The notes under the pieces are model-generated. The model was not told the DNA's origin and ran no database searches. It was given only the letters and a program-made list of their open reading frames with translations. Below, in pieces: positions 16,015 to 29,664 of a stretch of DNA of 64,000 nt. The position numbers were made by a program, and so were the translations under genes. This stretch comes from the human T2T-CHM13v2.0 reference genome, Homo sapiens, in the NCBI RefSeq assembly GCF_009914755.1, contig NC_060937.1. One strand, written 5' to 3'. Numbering within the stretch: the first letter of the stretch is position 1; each line of letters starts with the position of its first letter.

Positions 16015-16045
<31 letters not shown>

Positions 16046-16050
16046 CAAAA
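15936..16050 (+). mobile_element. Alu right-arm fragment (AluSq/Sp-like) with (CAAAA)n tail, inside the L1PB 5' UTR
   Basis: CCCGGGAGGCAGAGGTTACGGTGAGCTGAGATCGTGCCATTGCAC...CAACAAGAGCAAAACTCTGTC plus tail. Confidence 0.9.
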
Positions 16051-19000
16051 CAGCCTTCAGCCCTAGACGCTGTGACAGAGCCTACCCAAATGAGAAGGAA
16101 CCAGAAAACCAACTCTGGTAATATGACAAAACAAGGCTCATTAACACCCCCCAAAATAATCACTTTAGTTCACCAGCAATGGATCCAAACCAAGAAGAAA
16201 TTTCTGATTTATCTGAAAAATAATTCAAGAGGTTAGTTGTTAAGCTAATCATGGAGGCACCAGAAAAAGGCAAAGCCCAATGCAAGGAAATCCAAAAAAT
16301 GACACAAGAAGTGAAGGGAGAAATATTCAAGGAATAGATAGCATAAAGGAAAAAAAAATCAAAATTTCAGGAAACATTAGACACACTTATAGAAATGCAA
16401 AGTGCTCTGGAAAGTTTCAGCAATCGAATTAAACAAGTAGAAGAAAGAAATTCAGAGCTCAAGGACAAGATCTTTGAATTAACCCAATCCAACAAAGACA
16501 AAGGAAAAAGAATAAGAAAATATGAACAAAGCCTCTAAGTAGCCTGGGATTACATTCAATGACCAAACCTAGGAATAATCGGTATTCCTGAGGAAGAAGA
16601 GAAATCTAAAACTTTGGAAAACATATTTGGGGTAATAATTAACGAAAACTGCCCTGGCCTTGCTAGAGACCTAGACATCCAAATACAAGCAGCACAAAGA
16701 ACACCTGGGAAATTCCTCACAAAAAGATTGTTGACTAGGCACATTGTCATCAGATTATTTAAAGTTAATATGAAGGAAAGAATCTTAAGAGCTATGGGAC
16801 AAAAGCAAAAGCATCAGGTAACCTATAAAGGAAAACCTGTCAGATTGACAGCAGATTTCTCAGCAGAAACCACAAACTAGAAGGGATTGGGGCCCTATCT
16901 TCAGCCTCCTCAAACAAAACAATTATCAGCCAAGAATTTTGTATCCAGCAAAACTAAGCATCATATATTAAAGAAGGGTACAGTCTTTTTCAGACAAACA
17001 AATGCTGAGAGAATTCACCACAACCAAGCCACCACTACAAGAACTACTAAAAGGAGCTCTAAATCTTGAAACAAATCTTGGAAACACATCAAAACAAAAC
17101 CTCTTTAAAGCCTAAAGCACACAGGACCTATAAAAAAAAATACAAGTTAAAAAGCAAAAACAAAACAAAAAAAAGAAAACAAGGTAGCCAGGCAACAAAT
17201 AGCATGATGAATGCAGTGGTACCTTGCACCTCAATACTAACAATGAATGTAAATGGCCTAAATGCTCCACTTAAAAGATACGGAACTGCAGAATTGATAA
17301 GAACTCACCAACCAACTATCTGCTGCCTTTAGGAGACTTACCTAACACATAAGGACTCACATAAACTTAAAGTAAATGGGTGGAAAAGAGCATTTCATGC
17401 AATGGACACCAAAAGTGAGCAGGGGTAGCTATTTTTGAATCATACATACAAACTTTAAAGCAACAACAGTTAAAAGAGACAGGTACATTATATAATGGTA
17501 AAGGCCTTATCCAAAAGGAAAATATCACAATCCTAAAGATATATGAACCTAACACTGGAGCTCCCAAATTTATAAAGCAATTACTAATAGACCTAAGAAA
17601 TGAGATAGACAGCAACACAATAATAGTGGGGGACTTCAATACTCCACTGACATCAAGACAGAAAGCCAACAAAAACAAACAATGGATTTAAACTGTTCCT
17701 TGGGACAATCGAACTTAACAGATTTATACAGAACATTTCATCCAACAACTGCAGAATACACATTCTATTCAACAGCACATGGAACTTTCTACAAGATAGA
17801 CCATATGATAGGCCATAAAACAAGCCTCAATAAATTTAAGAAAAGTTAAATTATATCAAGCCATCTCTCATACCACAGTGGAATAAAACTAGAAGTCAAC
17901 TCCAAAAGGAACCTTCAAAATGCAAATATATGGAAATTAAATAACCTGCTCCTGAATGAGCTTGGGGTCATAAACAAAATCAAGATGGAAATTTAAAAAT
18001 TCTTTAAACTGGATGACAATAATGCCACAACCTATCAAAACCTCTGGGATACATCAAAGACGGTGCTAAGAGGAAAGTTCATAGCCCTAAACGCCTACAT
18101 CAAAAAGACTGAAAGAGCACAAACTAACATTCTAAGGTCACACCTCAAGAAACTAGAAAAACAAGAACAAATCAAACCCAAACCCCACAGAAGAAAGGAA
18201 ATAATCAAGATCAGAGCAGAACGAAATGAAATTGAAACAAAAAAAAAATACAAAAGATAAATGAAACAAAAGTTGGTTCATTGGAAAGATAAAATTGATA
18301 CACCATTAGCAAGATTAACCAATAAAAGAAGAGAGAAAATCCAAATAACCTTACTAAGAAAAAAATTGGGAGGTATTACAACTGACACCACCGAAATATG
18401 AAAGATCATTCAAGGCTACTATGAACACCTTTAAGCACATAAACTAAAAAACCTAGAAGAGATGGATAAACTCCTGAAAATATACAACTCTCCTAGCTTA
18501 AATCAGGAAGAATTAGATACCCTAAACAGACCAATAACAAGCAGTGAGATTGAAATGGTAATTTAAAAATTACCAACAAAAAAAGTCCAGGACCAGAGAG
18601 AATCACAGCAGATTTCTACCAGACATTCAAAGAATTGGAACCAATCATTTTGACACCATTCCTCAAGATAGAGAAAGAGGGAACCCTTCCTAATTCATTC
18701 CATAAAGCCAGCATCACCCTAATACCAAAACCAGGAAAGGGCATAACCAAAAAAGAAAACTACAGACCAATATCCTTGATGAAAATAGATGCTAAAATCC
18801 TTAACAAAATACTAGCTAACCAAATCCAACAACATATCAAAAGATAATCCACCATGATCAAGTGGGTTTCATTCCAGAGATGCAGGGATGGTTTAACATA
18901 CACAAGACAATACACCACATAAACATAATTAAAAACAAACATCACAAGATCATCTAAATAGATGCAAAAAAAGCATTTGACAAAATCCAGCATTGGTTTA

Positions 19001-20874
19001 TGATTAAAACTGTCAGCAAAATCGGCATACAAGGGATATAGCTTAATGTAATAAAAGCCATCTGTGACAAACCCACAGCCAACGTAATACTGAATGGGGA
19101 AAAGTTGAAAGCATTCCCTCTGAGAACTGGAACAAGACAAGGATGCCCATTCTCACCACTCCTCTTCAACATACTACTGGAAGTCCTAACCAGAGCAATC
19201 AGACAAGAGAAAGAAATAAAGGGCATCCAAATCGGTAAAGAGGAAGTCAAACTGTCACTGTTTGCTGACAATATGATTGTTTAACTCGAAAATCATAAAG
19301 ACTCCTCCAGAAAGTTCCTAGAACTGATAAAAGAATTCAGCAAAGTTTCCAGATACAAGATTAATGTACACAAATCAGTAGCTCTTCTATATACCAACAG
19401 CGACCAAATGGAGAATCAAATCAAGAACTCAAACCCTTTTACGACAGCTGCAAAAATAAAACATAAAATAAAATACTTAGGAATATACCTAAACCAGGAA
19501 GCTAAATACTTCTGCAAGGAAAACTACAAAACACTGCTGAAAGAAATCATAGACGACACAAACAAATGGAAACACATCCCATGCTCATGGATTCTACTGC
19601 CAAAAACAATCTATGGATTTAATAGAATCCCCATCAAAATACTACCATCATTCTTCACAGAATTAGAAAAAACAACTCTAAAATTCATATGGAACCAAAA
19701 AAGAGCCCATATAGCCAAAGCAAGACTAAGTAAAAGGAACAAATCTGGAGGCATTACACTACCTGATTTCAATTATACTATAAGGCCATAGTCACCAAAA
19801 CAGCATGGTACTGGTATAAAAATAGGCACATAGACCAATGGAACAGAATAGAGAACCCAGAAATAAACTCAAATACTTACAGTCAACTGATCTTTGACAA
19901 AGAAAACAAAATCATAAAGTGGAGAAAGGATACCCTTTTCAACAAATGGTGCTGGGATAATTGGCTAGCCACATGTAGGAGAATGAAACTGGATCCTCAT
20001 CTCTCACCTTATACAAAAATCCACTCAAGATGGATTAAGCACTTAAATCTAAGACCTGAAACTATAGAAATTCTAGAAGATAACATCAGAAAAATCCTTC
20101 TAGACATTGGCTTAGGCAAGGATTTCATGACCAAGAACCAAAAGCAAATGCAATAAAAACAAAGATAAATAGTTGGGACTTAATTAAACTAAAGAGCTTT
20201 TGCACGGCAAAAGGAACAGTCAACAGAGTAAACAGACAACCCACAGAGTGGGAGAAAATCTTCACAATCTATACATCTGATAAAGGACTAATATCCAGAA
20301 TCTACAGCGAACTCAAATCAGTAAGAAAAAAACAAACAATCCCGTCAAATAGTGGGCTAAGGACATGAATAGACAATTCTCAAAAGGAGATATACAAATG
20401 GCCAACAAACATATGGAAAAATGCTCAACATCTCTAATGATCAAGGAAATGCAAATCAAAACTACAGTGCAATACCGTCTTACTCCTGCAAGAATGGCCA
20501 TAATCAAAAAATCAAAAAACAGTAGATTTTGCTGTGGATGTGGTGATCAGGGAACACTTCTCCACTGCTGGGGGGAATGTAAACTAGTACAGCCACTGTG
20601 GAAAACAGGGTGGAGACTCCTTAAAGAACTAAAAGTACAACTACCATTTTATCCAGCAGTCTCACTACTGAGTATCTACCCAAAGGAAAAGAAGTCATTA
20701 TACGAAAAAGATACTTGCACACGCATGTTTATAGCAGCACAATTTGCAATTGCAAAATCATGGAACCAACCCAAATGCCCATCAATCAACGAGTGAATAA
20801 AGAAACTGTAGTATGTATATACGATGGAATACTACTTAGCCATAAAAAGGAATTAATTAACAGCATTTGCAGTG

Positions 20875-20928
20875 ACCTGTACCCCAATAACCTATGGAAA
20901 AATTTAAAAATAAAATTAAAAATAAAAT
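20875..20928 (+). repeat. Exact 42-bp copy of the L1PB 3' terminus (21198-21239) inserted upstream, plus a 12-bp tandem extension
   Basis: ACCTGTACCCCAATAACCTATGGAAAAATTTAAAAATAAAAT occurs at 20875-20916 and at 21198-21239. Confidence 0.92.
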
Positions 20929-22333
20929 TGGAGACTATTAATCTAAGTGAAGTAACTCAGGAATGGAAAACCAAACATTGTATGTTCTCACTGATAAGTG
21001 AGAGCTAAGCTATGAGGACTCAAAGCCGTAAGAATGATGCAATGGAGTTTGGGGATTTAGGGGGAAGTATAGGAGGGGAGCAAGGGATAAAAGACTACAA
21101 ATAGGGTGCAGTGTATACTGTGTATACTGCTCAAGCAATAGGTGCACCAAAATCTCACAAGTCAGCACTGAAGAACTTACTCATGTAACCAAATACCACC
21201 TGTACCCCAATAACCTATGGAAAAATTTAAAAATAAAATGAAATGAAATACCAAAAAAAGTCACAAATAGGCAAACAGGCAATATCATTTCCTTATTAAC
21301 ATATTTTTATTCCTGTATACATTATTTTTAAAATGATATTCAGTAGGTCAACACCTATAGATAGATTTTGAAACATTTTGAAATTATTATGAGAATAATT
21401 GATAAAGAAACAGTTGCTTTCCTTCTTCCATCTTAAGAAAAAAACACACAATGTAGAAGGTGACTAGAAATTATTTTACTTTGATGGTGCTAATTGAGAT
21501 AAAACAAATAGATTTCTATTGCATATCATCCTTTTTGGATCTAATTTAACATTTTAAAAACTAAGCATCCACATTTTAACAATCAATATTATGTAATTAC
21601 AGTCTGCATATGTTTAAATGATTGAAAAGTAATAGCACAGGACAAATGTCTTATAATTAATTGTATGTTTTATATGAAAAAATAACAAAACGACTCAAGG
21701 CTAAACTAAGAAAAATTTGCAGAATTATTTCTTTTAAATGAATTCACTGTATATTTAACTAGGGCATAAATGTGAAATGAAAAAATCAAGCAAATATTTT
21801 ACCACTTATTCATTTCATAGAAGAGCTATCTTTGCCATTCCTGGTTATGGTCAGGTTAATTCCAAGATTAAAAAAATTAAAGCAAAATTTAATTTTTACA
21901 CCTCTATTGTAATTTCTCTTCTCCTTCAGGGTGTTTGCCCCCAGATGTCCTGCAATGCTAAGTGGCTGCATCAACCCCTCTGTCTGCTAGCTGACCAGTC
22001 AGAGATATCTGATTCACCTCTATGCACTGCAGTACTGTATTATCAAAATAATAACTACATTTTTATGGCAGTCTTCAATGATCTACATTAAAGGAAATGG
22101 TATGAACCCCAGCTCCCCTGAAACTTTCCTCAAGTACTTCTCTGGTCATTATTGAGAAGACCTAAGCCTCAGACTACTTTCCAAAGTGCCAAAGAGATTT
22201 CTAAACCCTATTTATTGTAAAAAAAAAAAAAAAAAAAAAGCATGAAGATCAGTCTCACAGCCACTGTTTCCACATCAATCATTCTGCTCCTTCTTTTCCT
22301 CTTGAAATGTCTGTTGTAGGGTTCTCCCCTTAC

Positions 22334-22395
22334 CTGCTCACCAATTTCACCAATTGGTTTGTTACCATTTCATTATAGAAAGTGAATGTAATTCC
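22334..22395 (-). other. Candidate exon (62 nt), unverified
   Basis: Minus strand: long T tract-ggttgacaagtttcag|GGAATTACA...GTGAGCAG|gtaagg. Only frame 0 is open (GITFTFYNEMVTNQLVKLVS). Confidence 0.35.
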
Positions 22396-22949
22396 CTGAA
22401 ACTTGTCAACCAAAAAAAAAAAAAAAAAAAAGGAACCTGAAAACAATTACCTGGGTAACTGAAAAACAGCAAAGGTTTCCCTTGTATCTGCCTAATAGAA
22501 AAGAAATCAGACTTGGTGATTATTTGATAACAAAATGAATTAAAGTAGAAAATTTGGGCATTACCCAAAGTGTACTTTATCTTGAATTAGCCATTTGTGC
22601 TCTCTATTCAACCGAAATTAAACAAATAATGTTTAACCTACACCTCTCCACAACAGCTTGAATGTGCTCAGACTCCATCATTTGGATATTTCAGGGAAAT
22701 TCTTTTCTATCTTAAACATCTATGCAATTCCCACTGGGGTTGTAGAGAGCCAGAGAGGCATCGCATCTGTGTTCTTTCCATACCAGGAATTCAACAAAAA
22801 GAAAGATCCAGCCACACCTTTATAGCACCTGCTAAAGTGACATGGAAATCTTGGCACTATTTAATATGCAGATATTTCAAAGACAACCCTAGAAGTGTTT
22901 AAAAGGAAAACTGTGTTGGAAAAAGTATTTCATGCCTTTCTTTATTTTC

Positions 22950-23080
22950 TTTCCTCAATATGTTTACTGAGCCTCATGTGTCACAAATGATGCAATGATG
23001 ACAGACACAAAAGTGAGTAAGACAGCCTTTGCCTTCAAATATTCCATGCTCAAGTGAGAGAAACAGACAAGGAAATTACC
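22950..23080 (-). mobile_element. L2 3' fragment
   Basis: CAATATGTTTACTGAGCCTCATGTGTCAC...GTGAGTAAGACAGCCTTTGCCTTCAA. Confidence 0.55.
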
Positions 23081-24075
23081 AGCCATTGTAGATGTTGATT
23101 TTGACTACACATAAAGATGCCCAGGTATCTTTAAGAGCAGAGTTGGGGGTCCCTAAAGTACTCTTAAGATGGGATTGTTGAGGGGAGTTAGGTTTCCATA
23201 GAGAGGTGGGGCAAGAACTCAGATCAATGGCATGATATAAAAAATGTGTAATTAGCCTTGATGTTTTCACAGTAGTGATTATGAAGGGGTGTCATGTATA
23301 CATACTGGCATGGCTAATTCCTATTTTGAGAGGGGACAGTACACAAAAAGTGATTTAAAGACAACCTGGAACCTGAGGTGTGTTCAAACATGTTGATTTT
23401 GTCCCAGCAATATTTAAAGCCTGCCAGAGTCAGCTTTGTTGTGTGTCAAGCTACTGTCTTTATGAATCTCCCAAGGCTGTTTATTTTAAACACCTTATTT
23501 TTGAAATAGCTGATATTCTCATACGTTTGTCTCTGCAGTTTTAAAGAGCCTTCTCCACTTACACATTGTTTCTTTACATTTCTGTGCCCCCTGAGGTTAA
23601 TAATAATGAGTCAATGTGAAACCTTCACAAACACTTTAAATTGCCCTGGAAATGGAAAATCTCAATTATTGTGATTAAAGAATCCCTCCATGGAAAAATA
23701 GAGAATAATTTGAGGCTGCTAACAAAGTTAAGTGAAACAAGATCCCAAAATATGGTTTTATTTTACATTCTTCAATTCCCTTCAATATTTCTTGACATTG
23801 TAACATTATTTTTCTGAGTGAAATATAGATAACTATATTTCCTTAGTCTCTTTTTACAATAAATAAAGCAAAAAGGACCATAACAGACCTAGAATATGGT
23901 CCAAAGAGAGCAACCCTTGGGATGGAGTCAAATAGAACCAGAAGAAATAGGAGGAAAAATCCACAAAGTAAAAAGCTAAAACTTGTCAATCATATGAGAG
24001 TTTTAGAAGAGAGTAAATGATATTTTATCAACATGAGAACAGAGACTTATTGTCATTGTAATGAAACCATAGTGA

Positions 24076-24169
24076 TGTATATACATACACACATACATAT
24101 ATATATTCTCTATATATAGTATATACATACACATATGTGCATACACATATATAGAGTGTGTGTGTGTAT
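24076..24169. repeat. (TA)/(CA)/(TG) low-complexity tract
   Basis: Directly visible. Confidence 0.8.
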
Positions 24170-24619
24170 CACTGCCATGCCACTTCCCAGTTGCACAAAG
24201 AAAATTTTACTTTTTTATTGAATAGTGGAGTTATTTTATGCAATGACCATCAGTGCTGTATAACTACAGTGATAAAATATTCCCTCAATAAGCTATTAGT
24301 TATTCTTAAATCATCCTCTCACATGAACTTTCTATAGTATATCTCAACCAAAAGAATTTGCTTGAATTTTAGAAAAGAACGTGTGTCTCTTTAAATTTAA
24401 AAACACTAGGAAATTAAAAATTTGATTTCAGAAGTTGTGCTTAACCATTTATAAGTGTTCAAGTAGAAATATTTCCTGAGAAAACCTTGAAGCAGTTTCC
24501 ACAGAGGGATCCCATTAGAAAAATGATAAAACGGAAGAACTCTCCAAAGATCATGGTTGCTGAGCCAGCATTCATTCTCCCACTCTTCCTCCGGAATACA
24601 TCCGCAAAGTGTGTACCTT

Positions 24620-24955
24620 TCTTCCCCAGCTACAGTGGTCACAGGGAAAGCTGACTCCGCCCTTGTCTTTAGTATAATCTCATTTTCCTTGCCAGCCATT
24701 GGCTCAGGATTCTGACCTCTGGGGGACATGAGGGACGGCCTGCAGCAACATCATGCCACCAGCCTGGGGATGAAGCCAGCATCGAAGAGGTCAGAGCAGA
24801 TAGAAAGAAAGGGCTCAACAATATCTTTGTTAAGCCACTGAACCAAACCCTGAAAGCTACCTTGTCTCAGAAGTCCTGTGACGGTGAGATTACATATTTC
24901 TGTATTATCTGAATTGGGATTTCTGTTACTTGAAGCTGAAAGGATCCTTAAGACA
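24620..24955 (+). mobile_element. Old MLT1 (J/K-like) LTR fragment
   Basis: GGATGAAGCCAGCATCGAAGAGG...AAGCCACTGAACCAAACC...GGGATTTCTGTTACTTGAAGCTGAAAGGATCCTTA. Confidence 0.6.
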
Positions 24956-25463
24956 TAAAGAAATCATTAAGGTGTCATTTAAGCTGTGTTTAAACTACTG
25001 TGCTCCATTAAATGTTTCTGTTTTTTAGGTAAGGGACATTGCAAGTGAGAGTACTATCTTAAGCCATTAAAAATGACATGTTAGGGAGGCAACAACTTCC
25101 CCAAAATAAGTTGTAACTTCTCTATTGATCCAAAAATTAAAAATGTTTGGTTTTCATAGTTAATGAAAGAAGGAAAGAAGAAACTATAAAATAGTTTGAA
25201 AACATAGGTTATTTGGGTCCCTGAGAACATGAATCAAAATGGAATTTTAATAAATTGAACCCTATTTTCAATGCACAGCAGACTGGATGAAGGCAACTTA
25301 ATATACTTAGCTACTCCTCCAGTGCTTGTATTTTGAGTTTTTTGAAGGCCTACTCCACACTAGATATTGGGTATAGCATTTTCACAAGTGTCAAAGTACA
25401 ATCTGCACAAATCTCTGTAGGGTATAAATCAATATGCCATTTTATAGATGAAGAAGATGGCAC

Positions 25464-25868
<405 letters not shown>

Positions 25869-25924
25869 CTATACCTCTTAGGTAGATCATTGTATTAAAA
25901 AAAAAAAAAAAAGCTGTCAATAGG

Positions 25925-26379
25925 TTGCTAGTTCTCTATTGCTACTATAATAGATCACCACTAACTTATTGGTTTAAAATAACACAGACCAGAAGGAAGA
26001 AGTCAGTTCCACTGGGCCAATGTCACAGCGTCACAGGGCTGATTCCTCCTAGAGGCTCTGAGAAGACAATTCATTTTCTTGTGTTTCCAGCCTCTAGAGG
26101 CTGCCTGCATTTCTGGGCTCATGGCCCCTTCTGCCATCAAAGCACCTTATTCCAATCTGCTTCCATGATTGCATCGCCTTCTTTCTGACTCTCATGTCTC
26201 CTTCCTTTGTTTCATAACAACCTTGTGATTACACTGGGCCCACCAAGAAAATCCAGGACAATCCTCCATCTCAAGATCCTTAACTCAAGTACATCTGCAA
26301 AGTCCCTTTTCCCTGTAACATTCACAGGTCCCAGGTGATTATGTGGACATCATTGCAGGCCATTATTCATCCCACCACA
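25925..26379 (-). mobile_element. MLT1 (B/C/D-like) solo LTR
   Basis: GTTCTCTATTGCTACTATAA...TCAAGATCCTTAAC...ACATCTGCAAAGTCCC...CCACCACA; TSD ATAGG/ATAAG. Confidence 0.85.
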
Positions 26380-27296
26380 ATAAGACAATCCAAGATAAAA
26401 GGTCACAAACATAGAGAATGAAAGAAGATAAACACAAAAGAAAACTGGGTAAGAAGCTTACTGCAAATAAATATACACATATTTGTGACTTCGTGGCAAT
26501 CAAAGTCTGAATAAAATATATTTTATTAGTTACAACAGCATGCCAAGGAGCTCAACTATTAGAGAATCAGAATTAATTTGCTTTTTTTCCCCATTTGCTA
26601 ATTCATCACTACCACTTACATTAAACACTAGGATGGAAACTATTTACACACATTGAATTCCCAATCCCCTGTTCCTCCCAACAAGCTCTGTCCTGAACTT
26701 CTGTCCTGACTGGTCCAGAAACCAGCTATCCTGGTGCTTCCCAGACCTCTGTAACTGAGATGGAAAGGGAGAGAAGCCGGTGGGAGTGGAAGAAGTCAAG
26801 CCTGTGCACATGCCCTCTTTCCTGGAAAGCTTCTGTTTCCCTCTAGGGTCTCGGTCTAGCAGATCATATAGGGCCCTGTTGTAATTTTAATCAGTTAGGT
26901 CTTTTCTCATAATGAGATGGGAGCCACCAGAGGGGTCTGAGGTGAGAAGTGATATGATCCAACTTATGTTCTAGCCTCAGATTGGAGAAGTAGTATGGAA
27001 GGAGCCTGCTGAGTGAGGAGAAACCTCTCCCATGAGGATTCTGCCCTGGTCTCTCATCTGGGCTTAAGCCCACTGCCCGTCTTCTCTCTGCTGGACCATT
27101 GCAACGACTAAGTCCAGGCCACAAGTTTCTTCCCACTCAGGTGAGTTTCTTCCAAAGACAGTGAGCCACTGTCTTTGTCTTGCACACAGACCGAACTCTA
27201 TTCTGCCCCACTGTCATGCTAACAAACTCTTATTAGCTCCATGTTTCCTACATCATCAAATCCTGACCCTCTTCTTTGTCATAGAAGATTGTTCCG

Positions 27297-27601
27297 GGCT
27301 GGGCATGGTGGCTCACGCCTGTAATCCCAGCACTTTGGGAGGCCGAGGTGGACAGATTACTTGAGCTCAGGAGTTTGAGACCAGCAGGTAACATGGTGAA
27401 ACCCTGTCTCTACTAAAATTACAAAAATTAGCCAGGCATGGTGGCACGTATCTATAGTCCCAGCTACTTGGGAGGCTGAGGCATGAGAATCGCCTGAGCA
27501 CGGGAGGCAGTCAGCCAAGATTGTGCCACTGCACTCCAGCCTGGGCAACAGAGGGAGACCACGAGACCCTGTCTCTGTCTCAAAAAAAAAAAAAAAAAAA
27601 A
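27297..27601 (+). mobile_element. AluS with small internal indels
   Basis: Alu dimer with A tail; TSD-like AAGATTGTT/AAGACTGTT. Confidence 0.93.
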
Positions 27602-28719
27602 GACTGTTAAGACTGCTGCCGATCATTGCCCACCTCTCTCTGTGAGCCTTTTTCAGTGTCTGAGTGCACCAGTCTTGATTCTTGTGGCTGAAGATACCAT
27701 TCCTTCTGCCTAGAGGGCCTTTCTCCCCTTCTCCCTCATCACTTCCCCAGGCTCTTTTGATCCATTGTTTGTGTTCCCCTAGAACTGTGTTCATTCTTGT
27801 ATCTCTATGCTGTATTTCACATAGTGTTTTGGGATCTGCCCAATTAGATGTACTCCTCCTCCTTTGACTACATATTGCTATATTTTAGGCCTTGGATCTC
27901 AATAAGATGGAAATGTCAGAACACCAAAAGAAAGAAACTAGTCATAGTTTCCTTAGACCCTTTTATTCCTTATTAAATATTGAGCTTTGCTCCAGGCCTT
28001 CTGTTTACAGGCGGAAAACATCAATTGTTTGAACATCCTGGAGGTACTGCCTGCTCACTTTTGTTGAAGGTAGGGAGAAACATCCTTCCTACTGAGCTTA
28101 GAGTTCAGCTTCTGCAGGGAATCTATTGCACATCCACTTGGTACCTAAATGGAAGGAAGTCAGGTTTCTTTTTATTCTGTTTAAAGACTATGAGCCTAGA
28201 AATTATAGCTTCTTGGTCAAAGCCAGTCACAAAGCCCCCCATTCATCCCTGGAAGGCAAAGCCTCAAAATTGTTATTGGCCTCTCACTAAATAGGTTGAT
28301 AGTGTAAGTCTAGGCAGAAGGATACCTGTACAAAAATATGGAATTTGCATGTCATTCAACCTTCCTTAGTGCAAACACAGATTTCTTTACCAGAAGGGGT
28401 GCAATGACCTTTTGGCATACATCATTCATACATGTTTCTTTAGGTTTTCAGTTATCACATAGAAAGGTGATTGCATCTCATACGTTGTTGATGGGAATAC
28501 AACATGACACAATCTCTATGGGGGAAATTTTGCAATGTTTCCAAAATTAAAAATGTACTTTCACTTTAACCAAGAAATCCCATAGCTAGTAATTTATTCT
28601 ACAAATATCCTTGCACATGTGCAAAATAACATGTTACAAGATTACTCATTACTGCATAGCTTGTGATGATAAAAATTTGATAGCAAAAAAAATGTTCCTC
28701 ATTAGAGGATTGTTTAAAC

Positions 28720-28903
28720 CAGGGATTTTCAACCAGGAGTGATTTATTTTTGGTTGTCACAACTGGAGAGAGGGAAACTTACGGCATCTAGTGGGTAAAG
28801 GCCAGGGATCCTGCTAAGCATCCTATATTGCACAGGACAACCTCCACGACAAAAATTATCTAGCCTTAATTCTCACTAGAACTGAGGGTGAGAAATCTTG
28901 GGT
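28720..28903. mobile_element. MER20-like
   Basis: CAGGGATTTTCAACC...TTTTGGTTGTCACAACTGG...GGCATCTAGTGGGTAAAGGCCAGGGATCCTGCTAAGCATCCT. Confidence 0.8.
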
Positions 28904-29044
28904 TAAACAATCATTCACACAATGGAATATTACGCAGCCATTAAAAACAGAATAGGAATACTTTCTGTGTACAGATATTAAAAGATCTTTGTAATACATT
29001 AAGTGAAAAAAAAAAGGTCAGGGATGGTTTACCTGTTAACTTTT

Positions 29045-29203
29045 GAGAAAGAAAGAAAGAGAGAAAGAAAGAAAAGAAAGAAAGAAAGAGAAAGAAGAAA
29101 GAAAGAGAGAGAGAGAGAAAGAAAAAGAAGGAAGGAAGGAAGGAAAAAGAAAGAAAGCAAGCAAGAAAGGAAAATGTGTGTGTGTGTGTGCGCACGCACA
29201 CGT
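29045..29203. repeat. (GAAA)n/(GGAA)n polypurine tract followed by (TG)n-CGCACGCACACG
   Basis: Directly visible. Confidence 0.92.
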
Positions 29204-29520
29204 GAGCGTACACTCTGTCTGCAAAAAGAAACCCTAAAATGATACACGGGGAATTAGTGAAGATGATACCAAATGGGGATTGATTGGACTGGGAGTGCGG
29301 GCTGGATGGAGACATAAGTAGAAGCTATCATTCTAATTTGGAATCACGTGTCCTTATTACTGATTCAAATCAATGCATAAAGATTTAGGGCACAAAAATA
29401 AATAAGACATGTGAGGTCTTTGAGAATAAAGGGATTATATCTTATTTATCTTCGCGTCCCAATTATCTGGCATTATGCTTGCCCTGAAAGAGACACTTAA
29501 ATATTCATTAAAAGAATTGA

Positions 29521-29664
29521 GGCAGGGCACAGTGGCTCACGCCTGTAATCCCAGCATTTTGGGAAGTTGAGGCGGGAAGACTGCTTGGGGCCAGGAGTAC
29601 GAGACCAGCCTGGGCAACGTAACAAGACCCTGTTTCTAAAACTAACAAACAAACAAACAAACAA
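29521..29664 (+). mobile_element. FLAM / Alu left monomer with (CAAA)n tail
   Basis: GGCAGGGCACAGTGGCTCACGCCTGTAATCCCAGC...AGACCCTGTTTCTAAA. Confidence 0.85.

Larger units (their letters stand above)
15783..21260 (+). mobile_element. Near full-length L1PB (L1PB1-like) element, degenerate, most of the 5' UTR missing
   Basis: 5' start ATCATAGCGGACAGGAGGCAGGACTAGA; ORF1 remnant from ATG 16090; ORF2 remnants (EN, RT, CCHC) to ~21008; 3' UTR and A tail. TSD CAAATAGACAAACAGG (15767-15782) / CAAATAGGCAAACAGG (21264-21279). Confidence 0.92.
28465..29380 (+). mobile_element. L1ME-type 3' fragment, interrupted by MER20 and simple repeats
   Basis: CTCATACGTTGTTGATGGGAAT...AATGGAATATTACGCAGCCATTAAAAA. 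Confidence 0.65.

Noticed and set aside
22396-22500. Extra minus-strand donor and acceptors just upstream of the 62-nt candidate exon
   Set aside because: Using them would need an intron of ~55 nt, below the usual human minimum.
28941-29315. Stack of K/E/R-rich and F/L/S-rich ORFs
   Set aside because: Artefact of the (GAAA)n/(TG)n simple repeat.
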